DNA of 64,000 nucleotides from Stylophora pistillata (GCF_002571385.2 NW_019218092.1:34667-98666); one strand, 5' to 3'; numbered from the stretch's first letter, positions 25,101 through 38,100 are shown. Numbers and translations are program-made. Notes: generated by a model from the sequence alone, not told the origin.

Positions 25101-28100
25101 TGATTTCTTCTGGATTTAACCCCACTGTTCAAGTTATTTATAGTATTCTCAGTTTACTGGAACTCCCCATTACTTTTCCTTGGCTCAAACCTACACTGAT
25201 AATTCAAACTTAAATGAAAAATGTAGTCAATGTTAAGCTTCAAAGTGTCAGAACATAGCTGATTGGCACTTCCCAATCTTAATTCTGGACTGGTATGAAA
25301 GCTGTAATATGTACAAAAACATAGTACTATAACCTTAACTTAGTACTTAACTATAACCTTAACATTCGCTCTGACGAAGGGCTAAGGCTCGAAACGTCAG
25401 CTTTTGTAATCGTTACGGTGGCCAATTTACCGTTTCAACTTTGTTAATATATCCAAATTATAACCTTAACTTCCCAAACTTAACTTTCTGAAGAAAGAGT
25501 TCCTATGAAACAAAATGTAAGAAGTGTAGGAGAGGTAAAAAGATGATGCCTATCAACAAGATAATTTAATTTCACCATCAACACTGATAACTCAAACCCC
25601 GGCTAAATTGAAGGGTTTTTTGTTTCCCTCGAGAGTTTGAATTAACAGGGTCTTAAGACGTGTTTTATAATCACTTCAAAGACTTTAAACATGTAGAAAA
25701 AGTGTTGTTCACTAAGTAGAAATAAGAAAACAACTACAGACTTTTCTTTTGGTCCCTCTTGCAGGAAATTGAGACAGAGCAGTTCTTTAACTTTTTCCTT
25801 CCTGAGCTTCAACAGCACGGCTATAATGGAATTTTTAGTCCCAAGTCCAGAGCAAGAACAATGGCAGAAGAAGATAGGAGATATGTTGATGGCTGTGCCA
25901 TATTTTATAGGACCTCCAAGTGAGTAATCTAAATGCAACTTTGATAAGAGTACTGTTAAGTAAAGATACTAGGCTGGGTGTTAAAGGTAACCTTTTAATG
26001 GAGCAGGAAATTTTGGTGAAATTTTTTACTACACTACAAAACTGAAAAGACCAACAGCAAATTCTTAGTTTGGTGAATTTCCCCTGGACCTTCTTTTGCT
26101 TTGAAAGCTTTTGGCATGTTCAACTTCAAGTCTTGTGGTTGTCCTTAAACTAAATCCATATCTATGGTGAAGATTTGTTTTGAGATATTACATTGTATGT
26201 AACTTGTACCCAGCCTTTTTTTTTTTTTTTTATACCCCAACTTCAAATTTAATTTCATTGGTGCTTAAGGTTTGGGGCAGTACCCAGGGAGGAGAGAGGA
26301 AAGGGGAGGCAATGAGGTCTGGGACTGAGAAACAATGATCTCACAACTTGCAAAGCAGTCAATTTACAGGCTTGTCAGTGCTCCTTAAGCCACGCAGACT
26401 GCTCAAATCCTTTACGTGCGAAATTGGTCTTGCAAGTGGGTTGAAAATGTATCATGGTAAAACTGTATATTATGGATATGCTCTTTTCTCTTGTCTGTTT
26501 GTTGATTATGCTTTGGTGAAGCCAGTTCCAGGATGCAGTGAACTTTAAAAAACAAATTCAAGTTCATGTGCAAAATTTCTTTATCGGGAAGTGTAAGTTG
26601 CAGCGCAAAGTTCCCAGCTTTGATAAAAATCACACAAACACCTTCACAGAGTTCACTTCCCAGCACTTCTAATGAAGGGTGCATCGAAGAAAGTATTTTT
26701 AACATGTCAAACCCTTCATCTACCTCAGCTAGTATGGGAAAGATTTTAGTTCTTGTCATTCGAATTATCTTAATAAGTTTTTTAAGGAAAGTTTCTGCCT
26801 GACTTCTAATCATCTGAATTCCTCTCCTCAAATGTTCAGTTTCAAAATAGTAACTTACAGAGTTGTTAGCCCTTTGCAAACCCCCCGAGACTGGAGAGCT
26901 AGTAGATTGCTCTTTGTCTGGCCCCTAACCTTTGACCTGTCTGGCATGGGTGACCCTACCAGGATCTGAAGAGGTCCAGTCAGCATAGCTCTCAGGCTCA
27001 CTCAGAGCATTTAAGCCCCCTGACCTGACCTGATGGGAAATACAAGAGGGCTGCCCCAAGAACACCTGGTGGTGGACAGCATAGAAAGAAATTAAGGAGA
27101 TGGGGACCACTAGGGGAGGTATTAAGCTCATGGCAAAAGGGCAGCAGATGTGTAAGGAACATGTTGCTACCCTAAATGCCACTCGGATATAAAGGGCATA
27201 AGTGAGTGAGTGATGGTAAGTGGCTCTGATCTCTCAAAGCTGGATGAAATACAGGGGGGGGGGGAGGAATTCTTGTGATAGAGTGGTCTTCTGTGAAAGA
27301 CAACCAGCAATACTCCAAATTAGCTCAATTAGGGTTATAGACTCTTTGGATATCTTTTGAGAAGCCAAACTCCTTCTCTGATTACATACATTTATCATTT
27401 CAGATTCAGCCTCGTCAAAGAGTACCTGATTGAATTCAATCAACTGGCTATGCAAAATGCTACAGAAGCAGAAGACATGCTCAATAGAGTCATGACAAAA
27501 GACAACATTGGAATCACAGCATTACTTGAGCTCAAGGAGGGCTACCTTAATTATGGTAATGATGTGAACATGCCACGGCAGCAGGTGCTTGTGTCCAATG
27601 TGCATATTCACTGGGACCCGGAGTTTAAGGATGTGAAGTTGATTCAATCAGTGATGTTGATGCATGAGCTGATGACCATCATGCAGGAGATTAACCCTGG
27701 CTTTATGGTACAGGGAGGTAAGTTGAATAGATTTTGTCTGATAAAATATCCATGAATAATTATCTTGAACCTAAGAGAAATAAAAGGCGGAAGTGCTGTG
27801 AAAACGTTTCGCACCCAAAGCTCTTACAGCTTTGCTGCTCAATACTTCAAAGCAAGCACCAAACCACCAGCTTTACAGGCTGATCTGTAGGTAACTTTCT
27901 TTTACAATAATTTATGTGGAAGAGACTGTAGCTTAGTGATTCGTACAATGGGCTCTGGAACAAACGATCCGGGTTGGATGCCCAGCTGTGTTTCGTTTAC
28001 TCTCACAGTATCTCTCTCCACCCAGGACAATTAATGGGTGCTTCCAATTTGCCAGAGAAACCTTACCAAGTTTTATGGGTACAGGTTACCCAACAACGGA

Positions 28101-29085
28101 TTGGTTTCCTATCCAGCAGGGGTGGTAATGAGGCAATTCATGCTTCTGGACGCTAGATAACCATCCGCAGGATGTGTCTTTGGGGCCAGCTTGATATCTA
28201 ACAAACAGGAGATGATATCAGAGAAACAGATTAGCTGATAACAACAAATTACGTGAAGTACATAACTGTACACAGCTAGAATAGATAATGAAGAATTTTT
28301 ATTTAAAAGTTTAATTTGTATGACTAGTCTAAAGCAAACTCTATGGCCGACGATATGATTTGTGGTTTCACTGGACTGCTGTGTTGGCTTCCATTCGGGT
28401 TGTTACACTTTAGAGTCTAAAACAGTCAGTACTACTGAGGATTTTCCCTTTCTCGGGGCTACCCCCGTGCCTAGACAAGGTTCTCACCAGGGCTACTGCA
28501 TCGCTCCTTCATTACATGTTTAATGCCACAGTACGCAAGGTGTACGATTAATGCTTAAATTTTCATGGTTTTCATCTCCTCGTGTTAGGTAAAAATGGCA
28601 CTGCACCAAGCAAGTCAATTCCATTAGTGTGCTGCGGTGATTTAAACTCACTCCCTGAGTCAGGGGTGGTTGAATTCTTGGACAATGGTAGAGTCCGGAT
28701 TGACCACGGTGACTTCTTGGACATGAAATACGATGGTTTTTTGTCACGCCTTAGCAATAGCAAAAACGGAGAAAAGTGTGGAGACCTGACCCACTGCTTC
28801 AAGCTCCAACGTGCCTACTCTGAAGACCAGATGTCTTACAGTAACCTTACCTATTCATTCACAGGTGTCATTGATTATATTCATTACACATCAGACCTTC
28901 TCATTCCACTTGGCGTGCTCGGCTCTGTTAGTCAGGATTACATCAAAGAGAACAAAATCATCGGATGGCCACACCCACATTTCCCGTCAGACCACCAGTC
29001 ACTGCTCGTGGAATTTGAGGCTCTGAGCTTCAGCAATGGGGTACCTGTTTATGGATACATTCCAGGTTCTCACCACCCCAGGTAG
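19135..29085 (+). CDS. CNOT6: CCR4-NOT transcription complex subunit 6 / 6-like (LRR + EEP deadenylase), 554 aa, 6 coding exons
   Basis: Exons 19135-19609, 23720-23785, 24302-24459, 25765-25919, 27404-27717 and 28589-29085 are GT-AG and in frame (1665 nt). MPKDK start, N-terminal LRRs, and EEP motifs YNVLCDKY, LSLQE, HIHWDPEFKDVK, CGDLNS, VIDYI and FPSDH are all intact. Confidence 0.95.
21800..22728 (+). mobile_element. LINE 3' fragment in CNOT6 intron 1, with ~75-bp tandem triplication and (TTACC)n tail
   Basis: ORF 21975-22346 (LNWLP...RNTLQYRGPVIWNFL) resembles the LINE ORF2 C-terminus. taggctcttgtaaatctcag recurs at 22381, 22455 and 22533; AATAAA at 22702 is followed by ttaccttaccttacc. 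Confidence 0.75.
25368..25401 (+). ncRNA. Minimal type I hammerhead ribozyme motif (Penelope-type) in a 95-bp insertion (25364-25458)
   Basis: gct-CTGACGA-a-gggc-taag-gctc-GAAA-cg-TC-agc: stem I gct/agc, stem II gggc/gctc, predicted cleavage after C25398. The insert is flanked by a 12-bp direct repeat tataaccttaac (25352-25363, 25459-25470). Confidence 0.75.
26855..27213. mobile_element. RTE-clade LINE remnant: inverted 5' UTR (26855-27025, -) joined to ORF 3' end and (TGAG)n tail (27030-27213, +)
   Basis: The minus-strand ggtagggtcacccatgccagacaggtcaaaggttaggggccagac...gggctaacaac matches the conserved RTE 5' region as I recall it. The plus strand reads G.PKNTW..T..KEIKEMG....IKLMAK....KEHVATL, the RTE C-terminus. 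Confidence 0.7.
27925..28190 (+). mobile_element. Degenerate tRNA-derived SINE
   Basis: Eroded A-box (tagcttagtga) and B-box (ggttggatgcc), then the core tactctcacagtatctctctccacccagga...atgggt. More eroded relatives lie at ~21040-21260 and ~36100-36340. Confidence 0.55.
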
Positions 29086-32000
29086 TGTTAGATTCTCGCG
29101 CGATAACGATGTTGTAAATTTGTAACAAAAGAGTTGTAAAGAGGCTGAGTTGAAGCAAGCCATTTTTAAGGATCTTGTTACAAGACGTGTTTTGTATTCT
29201 ATCAGGAAAATGTTCACCGGCATTTTTTCCCCTTATTCAGTTTTATAAACCCGTTTGGATTTTGGTTTTGGAAAAAGGAGAACGGAAGGTGCTTTAAAGT
29301 TTAGTTAGTTGGTTTCTTGGCATAGTACTGTACGCACAACTTCAGTTATGAAGCAATATTGTTCAACTTTAATTTAATTTAACTATTTTGACAGTAATTT
29401 AGTGCGTTAGCTTAGAAGTGTTCAGTATAATATATTGCAATTTTAATTCTTTATCTGTAATATGTAGTGTTATTATGATATTTAATTTCTTCGCCGTTAT
29501 GTATATCTTCCTTTGTAAACCATGGACGGACAAAACGCGCGTTAAGACGAAAATGCCACACAAATGGAGTTATCCTCTTTTTAAGAACTTTTTATTTTAA
29601 AGAAGAACTTGAATATATCAAAGAAAGGGAGGTAGTGAAAAATATAGATTTCATCCCCATATCTTACCATGTATGTAGCCTCAAATGGCATTTTTCAATG
29701 AATGCGGAAATTGTACAACTTATTTCAGAAGAGCTCGTTCACTTGTAAAATTTTATTAATCCTCCGCTTGTCGCTTAGAATGGAACAGTCTTCGATGCTG
29801 TGGTTGCAATTGCATTGTACTTGGACACAAGAGTGAATTGACACCTATAAGCGTCTTTACTGTATGTACACGACATTGTACAGTATCGTCTCAACAAATA
29901 CATTCGTGGACTATATCTTTAACCAACTTGCTAAAACACTTTCATTTTCCTTTACCATCAGCCCAACTCTACATTTTATTTGGGCGTTTCATTTTGTTTT
30001 CTCTCTGTTCTTAGAGATTAATTGTGTACCATACATTGAATATTTTGGGCCGAGGACATAAGGAGATTGTAGGGGACGCAAAGAAATTGTCTACCATCAC
30101 CACTTACAGTCTTTGGGAAAACAGTCAGTTTTTTTTTTTTTCTTTTTCGTAGATCCTAATTACATCTTAGCGAAGATCAAAATGTATGCTTTATTGGTTT
30201 TAGTTTGTTTTGTTAGTTTTTGTTGTGGTTTTTTTGGGTTTTTTTTCCCGATTCTTTTTCACTTCACTTTTCGTCAGGAAATCGTCGTAATATGCAGCCG
30301 CGAAATATATCAACGCCCAAAGCACAAAATGCTTCGGTTTACGTGCAATACCTGCATCATAGATTTTCATTTTTAGATCTTACCAAGGTTTCATGCTCGA
30401 TACTGTATATGTAACATGTTACTTATAGTGCATCAGGTTATTGAAACTCTGTAGATATTCTTCCCATGTGAAGCTTCATCCGATCGTCGTCCAACTTTTG
30501 ACCGATCGATTCGCACGCTAGTGACATGTTGCGTGACATGTGTGTGAACCATACATGTCACGTAACAAGCCAGAAGTCAGCAGATCTTCGTGAAAAGCTA
30601 AGAATAGCCAAACAGTCCTGGATTTGCTTCACATGGTTGGAATAAGTGTATAAACAGTTTTTTCTTTCTCCACGAAAGAGAAGAAGGGTTGTATTGTAGA
30701 GCGTTTTTATGGTGTTATTTATGTGTTGTAAACCAGTGTTTTATTTAGAGTTTGTCAGTCATTGCTTTGAAAACATACATGCAACTTACTAAAGGCGACA
30801 GGTGCAATTACAACGAGCTAAAATTCTTCTTATCGCTCTACAATTTCAACTTCATCTCGTTAATGAAGCTTCTGTTTGCTCGTGGTTTAAGAACAATCAA
30901 GTAATTTAGTTGTAGACTGCTTTTCTCCTTGTTTGCGTTTCAAACGCATGTACACGTTTTCAGATGTGGGTAACCGCCCTTTTATGGCTGCTTGTCGTCG
31001 GAAATTATGCTGTTGACAGCTTTTAGAGCTCGATTTATTTTACAGTATGGTGTATTATCAAAATGTGTGATAAATTACGGTCCCTTCAACGTTTGTCGGA
31101 TGTGTGGGTGTTCGTAACGCCCCATTATTGTAACCTAAATGGACTTGAAAACAGTGTATGTTAAAGTATTACCAGCAGACGAAGGCTTGTTGATCGTTGG
31201 TGAAGCCGAATAATTGGGTTGAAGGTGCTGATTCTTCAGTACAGTTGGTGCAAGTTGAGTCCAACTCGGACCATGCGCGAGAAAGGATGAGTTATCCTGA
31301 GAGAGGAAATAATTATTTGTATTCATTTGTTCTGGCTGGTCAGTGATAAATGCCTGGATTGTTCATGAGAAGTTTTTAATGATTTTTGTTTTTAATCTTG
31401 AAATGCATTCAAGTACAACTTAATTTACAATTTTTAACTAGCGTGGTTCTTTTAATCTGGAAGGCAGAGAAGGAAATGAATATTCGGTATGTTTGGTTTG
31501 GTTTAATCTTCATGGTTAGCTCTATTTAGTTGTGTAGGATGAGTTATCGGAGTTCATTTTATTCCGCACTGTGTCATCACATTAATGGTGAAATACCCAA
31601 CATTTTTCAGTGGCCAGTTGAACATTGGGATCATTATTTGTTTATCTAGACAATGTTGCCTAAATAATATTTGTTTTTCTCGCGAGGGACAAAATTCGCA
31701 CACTGTCATTATTATTGCAGTATGTTTTGAGCAGTTGTGGATGCGGTGAACTTGATTTTCGTGTCGGTGAACTAATTTTGAGCGTGTTTCATAGTATGGT
31801 ACGTACACTGGGTGGGGCTAACTAGGACTGGCTTTTATACACAAAATAGAAGTGTGCGATTTTTGTTTTATTAGTTTTACACTGCGCAGTTATTGCTTTT
31901 TTTGATCACCATTTGTAGTTTACAGTGAGGTGGTTGGTTTGTAGACAGGTTACGAGGGCCATTGTAGATTGTAACTCGTACTTTTTAACGGAAACTGGCA

Positions 32001-32703
32001 TTTATGAGAAAAACGGTAAACTACTGGAATAAAATCAGTGAACAAAGTCAGCCTGGAATGTATCTCGTCTGATTTGTTTCTATTTTTGTTTTATTTTGAT
32101 TTTCTTTTTTTTCTTGTTTTTCTTTTTGTGTACCTAGTTTTTGTTTCTATGTCAGTCTGTTATTGGTATCGCTAAAATTTCGAAGGCCTCGTTCCTGGCC
32201 GAGGCTTCTTTTAAATTTATTTAATTTTTCCTTTTATTTTATTTATTAATTTTTTTTTTGTGCAGATGACAATTGGTTTTAGACAGGAACTTTGAAAGCA
32301 CTTGAGAGGGAATGAATTTGTTCCTCATCCCTTACCCGGGACATCAGTATGCATATTCTCCATACTGTTCTCTGTAAATTTCCTAAGGTGCTTATTAGGA
32401 GACTTTGTTTAACAATCAAGAGCTTCTCTGATTTAGGATCATTTCCTTTATTCTCGTAGCCTTTTTGTTTGATTCAGGCTGATGATGTAAGGAGAGATTG
32501 GATGTTGGTCACTCTTGGCGGTATTAAAGGGTTTATGTACGGATATTCGTTATAGTCTGATCAGTTCATTTAATACGTAGAATGAGACGTGAACATTTGT
32601 ATATTAAACGTAGAAAAAAAAAATGAAGGCGGCCGTCCATCGTCGTTTTCCTTGAGGAAAGGAGGTGGAAAAGACGTTGTCTCATCTTCGTCCCCTCCCC
32701 TCC

Positions 32704-33385
32704 CTAGGCTTTGGTAGATTGTGCTCGAAAAAAGAGCATATTGTGCTATTAGCAGTGCTCATATTTTTTAGAAATTATGCCAAAATTATGCTATTTTCTG
32801 AAAATTATGCTCTCTGTCACCGAAATTATGTTACTTACATTTTACACTGATTTTAAGGAAAATAAAGATCATCAGTGGCTTAACTCTATCAATTTTGACT
32901 TTAATGAACATTCACATAGTCCACCTTCCAGTCTTACAGTCTTTAGGATCGCAAATACGCACGTGCGCACCTCGAAAAGCAAAATGATTAACAAATGATA
33001 CGTTCTCTAGAGATTAAAGCTCTCGGTACGGCACTGGAAGTGCTTGAAGTGGTGGAAGTGGATGCACTCGAAGACGACGCCATCTTTGATCTGAGGCCTG
33101 AGGGGCCGAGCCGCCGATCCATAAGCGTGGTGGCTTGAGTCTCAGTCTTATGCACAGGGTAACCTCTGCCGCCTGCCGGACCATATTTGACCATGGGCCC
33201 TAGCACAGACCTCAATATTTTCCAAAAACAATACAAAAATAAAATACAAACTGAATTATTCTAGAGCTATGATGGTTTTTTTTTTTTCAATGCATAAAAG
33301 CTCGGATTATGCCAGCAGTGCTAAACTGAAATGAAAGCTGAAATTAATGCTCGTTTTGCTGAATTGTGCTTAAAATTATGCCTAC
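32704..33385. mobile_element. MITE-like insertion with aattatgc subterminal repeats
   Basis: Begins taggctttggtagattgtgctcg, carries repeated aattatgc motifs near both ends, and is flanked on both sides by cccctcccctccc; right terminus eroded. Confidence 0.45.
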
Positions 33386-34442
33386 CCCTCCCCTCCCCTC
33401 CCCTCCTACTCCCACGCCTTCCTCTCCATCTGAAACTGATCATGAGGCAAACATTGATGTTGACTTCGGTAGAACGACTTTTCATCCAGAAAAGCCAGGA
33501 CCAACGCTCCATAATCTAATTCAAACTCCAATCAGTGGATGAAGGACCAGTCCTTGTATCCTAGGGTAGGGTTTCCACAATGAGCCTTGCGAAGAACCGC
33601 AAGAATCTCCGCAGGAAGTGTTACTTTGTCACCAGTGCCCCTCTGCCCGTCGAAACGAGTGGGCATGTTCAGCAGAGAAGTGTGATACGCATCGAACGTT
33701 AGTCTTATTACGGTATTTTTTTTTTTAAAGGGTTTCATCTGAACTTGCTTGTTAACAGGATAGCATCTTCAAGTTGTAGTCATGGAACAGTTTAACTAGC
33801 GGTTAATCAAGACCTCATACTCCGTTGCTCATTTTCGTTACCTATGTTAAACAATTCTTGGAGCTAACACCCGTTCGTTTGATCTACTCCCAGTCGTACT
33901 GTGTGAATCGTGACTGAATTAGTGATTTGGAAAGCACCGATTGTACCGTTTCATATCTTACAAGTAAGATACAGGATAAGCAGCGAATACCAGGGCATAA
34001 AAAGGTAAAATATAACCAAGGACTTTATATTGTCTGGGTGGAATTCGTGTTCTTATTACAAATATTAATGGTCTGAGTTGATCAAATGATCAAAGTTTAT
34101 TTTTGAGCATTTACTATTTTTTGAAACATAATTCCCTCCAATCTTCACCACCGCCACATAAATTTTCACTATGGCTCTCTTTATGTAGAAGCCTTTATTT
34201 CTAAAATGATGGTAGAATTCACATTTGAGTTCGGAGCGTAGCGCTGAAATTGACGCAGGTCATCGAAGTTATTTTGTGGATCAAATGTAGTCATAATCAA
34301 TTTTTAGCTCTTTGTGACGATTCTCACTTTGAGGCTTATACTTGAAATCAGTGATGAATCACGATTTTAGTAGAAATCGCAACAAATCTCAAGAAAATTT
34401 CTAGTTTATTCCGAAATGACGAACATGCAAGGAAAAAAGCGG

Positions 34443-34574
34443 GGAAAGAGTACCACATAACCCCAAACATTAATTATGCATTCCACTTCTTTGTCTTTCA
34501 CGACAAAACTTTAAAAACTAAGTCTACTAGTCTGAATGCATAATTAATGTATGGGGTTATATGGTACTCTTACC
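34443..34574. mobile_element. 132-bp MITE, ~39-bp TIRs starting GG, 8-bp TSD (Merlin-like)
   Basis: TIR ggaaagagtaccacataaccccaaacattaattatgcattc / gaatgcataattaatgtatggggttatatggtactcttacc; TSD aaaagcgg at 34435-34442 and 34575-34582. Confidence 0.85.
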
Positions 34575-34629
34575 AAAAGCGGGCGCAGTTAGCGGAAGTG
34601 AAGTTGAACTGAGCCAGATTAAATATTAC

Positions 34630-34818
34630 GGAAAGAGTACCCTATAACCCCATACATTAATCATGCATTCCACTTCTTTTTCTTTCACGACAAAACTTTA
34701 AAAACAAAGTCTGCTAGTCTGAATGCTTAATTAATGTATGGGGTTATATGGTACTCTTGGGGTTATATGGTACTCTTGGGGTTCTATGGTAGTCTTGGGG
34801 TTATATGGTACTCTTGCC
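34630..34818. mobile_element. Second copy of the same MITE, 189 bp, with three extra 19-bp terminal units
   Basis: Same TIRs and core; ggggttatatggtactctt is present four times (132+3x19=189); TSD aatattac at 34622-34629 and 34819-34826. Confidence 0.85.
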
Positions 34819-35172
34819 AATATTACCTGATGACAAGAGGTATGCCACCAAAAAAACCCAACAAAATTTGTCACTCTGTTGATTCAAAAATTGCTATCTT
34901 GAAATAATAACCCATAATATTTTATGTTTGATTGATTGTTAGACCCTTAATTATATTGTCATCTATGATAACACTCAGCTAGCATCTCTTAGTTCATTTG
35001 ATAAATCAATATAGAGGCCAAATGGTTGCCTCTCAGGTTTTTATGAGTGTTAAAAGTAACGATGTTAGGTTGTAGGAGTACTTACGAAAATCACTTTAAA
35101 TTAATGTGAACTTTTGAAATATTTAAAAAATAATTTATTCGTTTCCTTTCAGGAATACAAATTGAAAAAGAG

Positions 35173-38100
35173 ATGAGTTACCCACCACCACCCCCAGGGG
35201 GCTATCCAATGTATGGGGCACCTCCAATGCCAGGAGGGGGGTCCCAGTATCCAGCACCTGGTCCAGCATTAGGATTTGACGGCATAGCTAACCAACCTCC
35301 AATGGGGGCCCCTGGGGTATGTAAACTATATGATTATTGAGAACCAAAGTGCTAGCTACCCATAAAATTTTCTTATGTGGGCTTGCATTGCTCACAGAGT
35401 GTACATGAAGCTACTGACCTATTTGAAAGGCAGATAATACTAATTTCCTTTGGATAAATTGCTCTCCAAAGGGTAATTGAGTTTGTTTTGTCAACATTTG
35501 TAAATTAATGACCATGTTAATCTACTCAATCATTTATTGACAGAATAGCAAATGTTGTTTATCTTTTAAGTATCATAAATCTCATTTATAAAAGGTTGTT
35601 CAACTTTTTTGAAGAAGAGCTTGCTATGTAGGATCTGTTCTGTTCTCGTTTTGGGAAAATTAAGTGCAGAAGGAGATTCTCAAGGCAAAGGACTCAGATT
35701 TTGCGCATGAATACTCTTTTATAGAGCATTTTGAGAGAATCTTGCTTTTGCTTACCATTGGCACATGTAATAAATGTTAATAAGGGATTATACATGTTAT
35801 ATGCAGTACCCTCCTTCTGGACCAACAATACCAATGCCAACTGCTGGGGGACCTACTGGTATGTATCCTGGAATGTCAAGCCATATGCCACCAGGGATGT
35901 CCCATCAAATGCCACCAGGTATGTTGAAAACTCCCTTTTAGTCATACCACCTGGTTGAATGGGCAATATTTTATGCAAAGGGAAGTGCACTTTGTAAGCT
36001 TCTACTCTTTGTATAGTTTTTGTACACATTTCCCCACACTTTGCACCCCTTTCAAGGTTAATAGGTACATGTGTACCTTCTGTCAATATGCCTGACCTAT
36101 GGTAGGATCCAAGGTTTTAGTTTTGAGCTTTGGGCAGTATTTTCTTTTAGCTTTCTAGGGCTAGACAAGCTGCAATGCTTGGAGTTTGTTTCTAGACCCA
36201 GAAATAACAATTAGGTATCAATGAAATTGTTGGGAAACCTGACTAAGTGCTACAGGTAACCCGAGATGGACTAGTTAACATTTCATCTGCAAGGAGTTTG
36301 CAATTCCCCCAATCTTTCTTTTTGCTTTGGAAATTAGAGTGAGTAAAAGCAATTAGGTCCATATCAGTCTCTGAAAATTTTACGGAGTCCTTTTTTTATA
36401 ATTTTATTCAATATGTTGGCGAAAAGGATTTTGAGACAATCTGTGCTACAGTCTAGAAATTTGAGGTGTCTGCTGATAGTTTTGTGCATTGTGATGGACA
36501 ATTTAAAAGAAAATTTGTTTACAGCTAAATTTATTTGTACACCACTCCTCTAAAGACTATATGACTGTTTAAGTTTTTGTTACATGATTGACTTGGGAAA
36601 CACATATGAATATCATTAAATAGATATAGTTTTTTGAAATAAAATTTTTTTACATTTAAAACTTGGTTTACAACAAAGAGCGCAGTTATTATTCTGTCAT
36701 CAAGTTTTTTTTTTTAATTTTCCATTGAATCATATCCTTCTGACTTCTTCCCAATCTGTAATTACATCAGGTATGCCTGTTCCAAGCCCTAATGTTGGCA
36801 TGCCAGCTCCTGTTCCACCCACAGCTGGTAATTATGGTGGATCAACAGGACCGTCTATGCCACAGCCTGGATATCCATCTGGCAATCTATCATTTGGGGT
36901 AAGAATCAGTAGTTGGACCTTCTGACAGAACTTTGTGTAAAATCGGTTCTTATGACAAGTCTCATGTTGTTTCATTTTCACAATTAACCCATTAATGGCC
37001 ACAGCTTTTGTGGAAAACTGTGTTTTGAAGCTAGTCGAGCAGATTTCGGGTCACTGTTGTGGTTTTAAAAGCTCAAACTTACCAAAAACCCCTTGACAGC
37101 TAGTGCACTCGACGGCCTTTCGATCCAAATGCAAAATGGCGGCCTGAAAATCTCGGGCATGTGCAGACTTCTACTTTTCTCTCTTTCTCCTGCCCTTTTT
37201 TTCCCCTCTCCTTGCCTGAAGTTTCTCCTCACTTGCTGGAAATTGAGTAGGCTTCATTTTGGTGTAGAGATTTTTCAGAAACTACTCATTATTTTCAAAG
37301 CACATGCTCGGAAAGGTAGGTGGGTAGTGAAACACGATTTTCGTGCAGATTTTCAGGTCAAAGTGACACGGTTTTTTGGCTATTTCTCCAATCTCCTTCA
37401 CTCAATTGCGCTCATTCTGGTATCGTCTGTAAGATATTTTCAACCTGTTCAAGTAGGTGCTCAAATTCGTGCTCCAGGGTTAAAAGTGATGACGTCACAA
37501 GGCGTAGAAAGGGTGTGGGTCCCCATGGGCGCATAAGGGCGCACTGGACGTCAATGGGTTAAAAGAAAAATGTTTTGATTTTGCAGTGTTGATCTCCTTT
37601 ATTTTCAGCATTACAGGTAATTGATTAGAAATAATTTTTGAATTGGCAGACCAATCCTTTTATTAATAGAATTTTCAAGAATTCCAAGCAATTTTAGGCA
37701 TTAATTAGAGGCACTACAAAGGGTAAATTTTACAGGTTAGTGGCTGAAAAGGAGAACATTGATTTGATATGCAAATGATAAAAAAAAAAAAAATTATCCT
37801 CATGATGGGTGAGCTTCATGCACAAAGCTACTTGTAGGAAGTGAGGCAAATTAAGTGGGCTCTTTCCCATAAAGGAAACTGATCACAGGAAATGCTCTTA
37901 ACAATTTTCAGATCTTATTTGAAATTTAGTATGCATTAGAAATTCATGTTAGTGTCTGACTTCATCAAATTAGTTCCTTAGCTGGCCTATTGAACAGGTT
38001 AATGTCAGTACAGTGTATTTTGTGACTGGAATTAATTTTTACAGCTAACAAGTGATTTAGTCAAGGCAATTAATATGTCTCATATTTATTTAACACTATT

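Noticed and set aside
26348-26879. Overlapping 66-155 aa ORFs in CNOT6 intron 4
   Set aside because: Mostly non-ATG starts, no recognisable domain and no splice support; consistent with chance ORFs.
34740-34815. 19-bp repeats as a CRISPR-like or telomere-like array
   Set aside because: They are head-to-tail copies of the MITE's right TIR.
37093-37562. 147-aa ORF as a transposase or nested gene
   Set aside because: It lies inside a non-autonomous TTAA element and has no piggyBac catalytic motifs.
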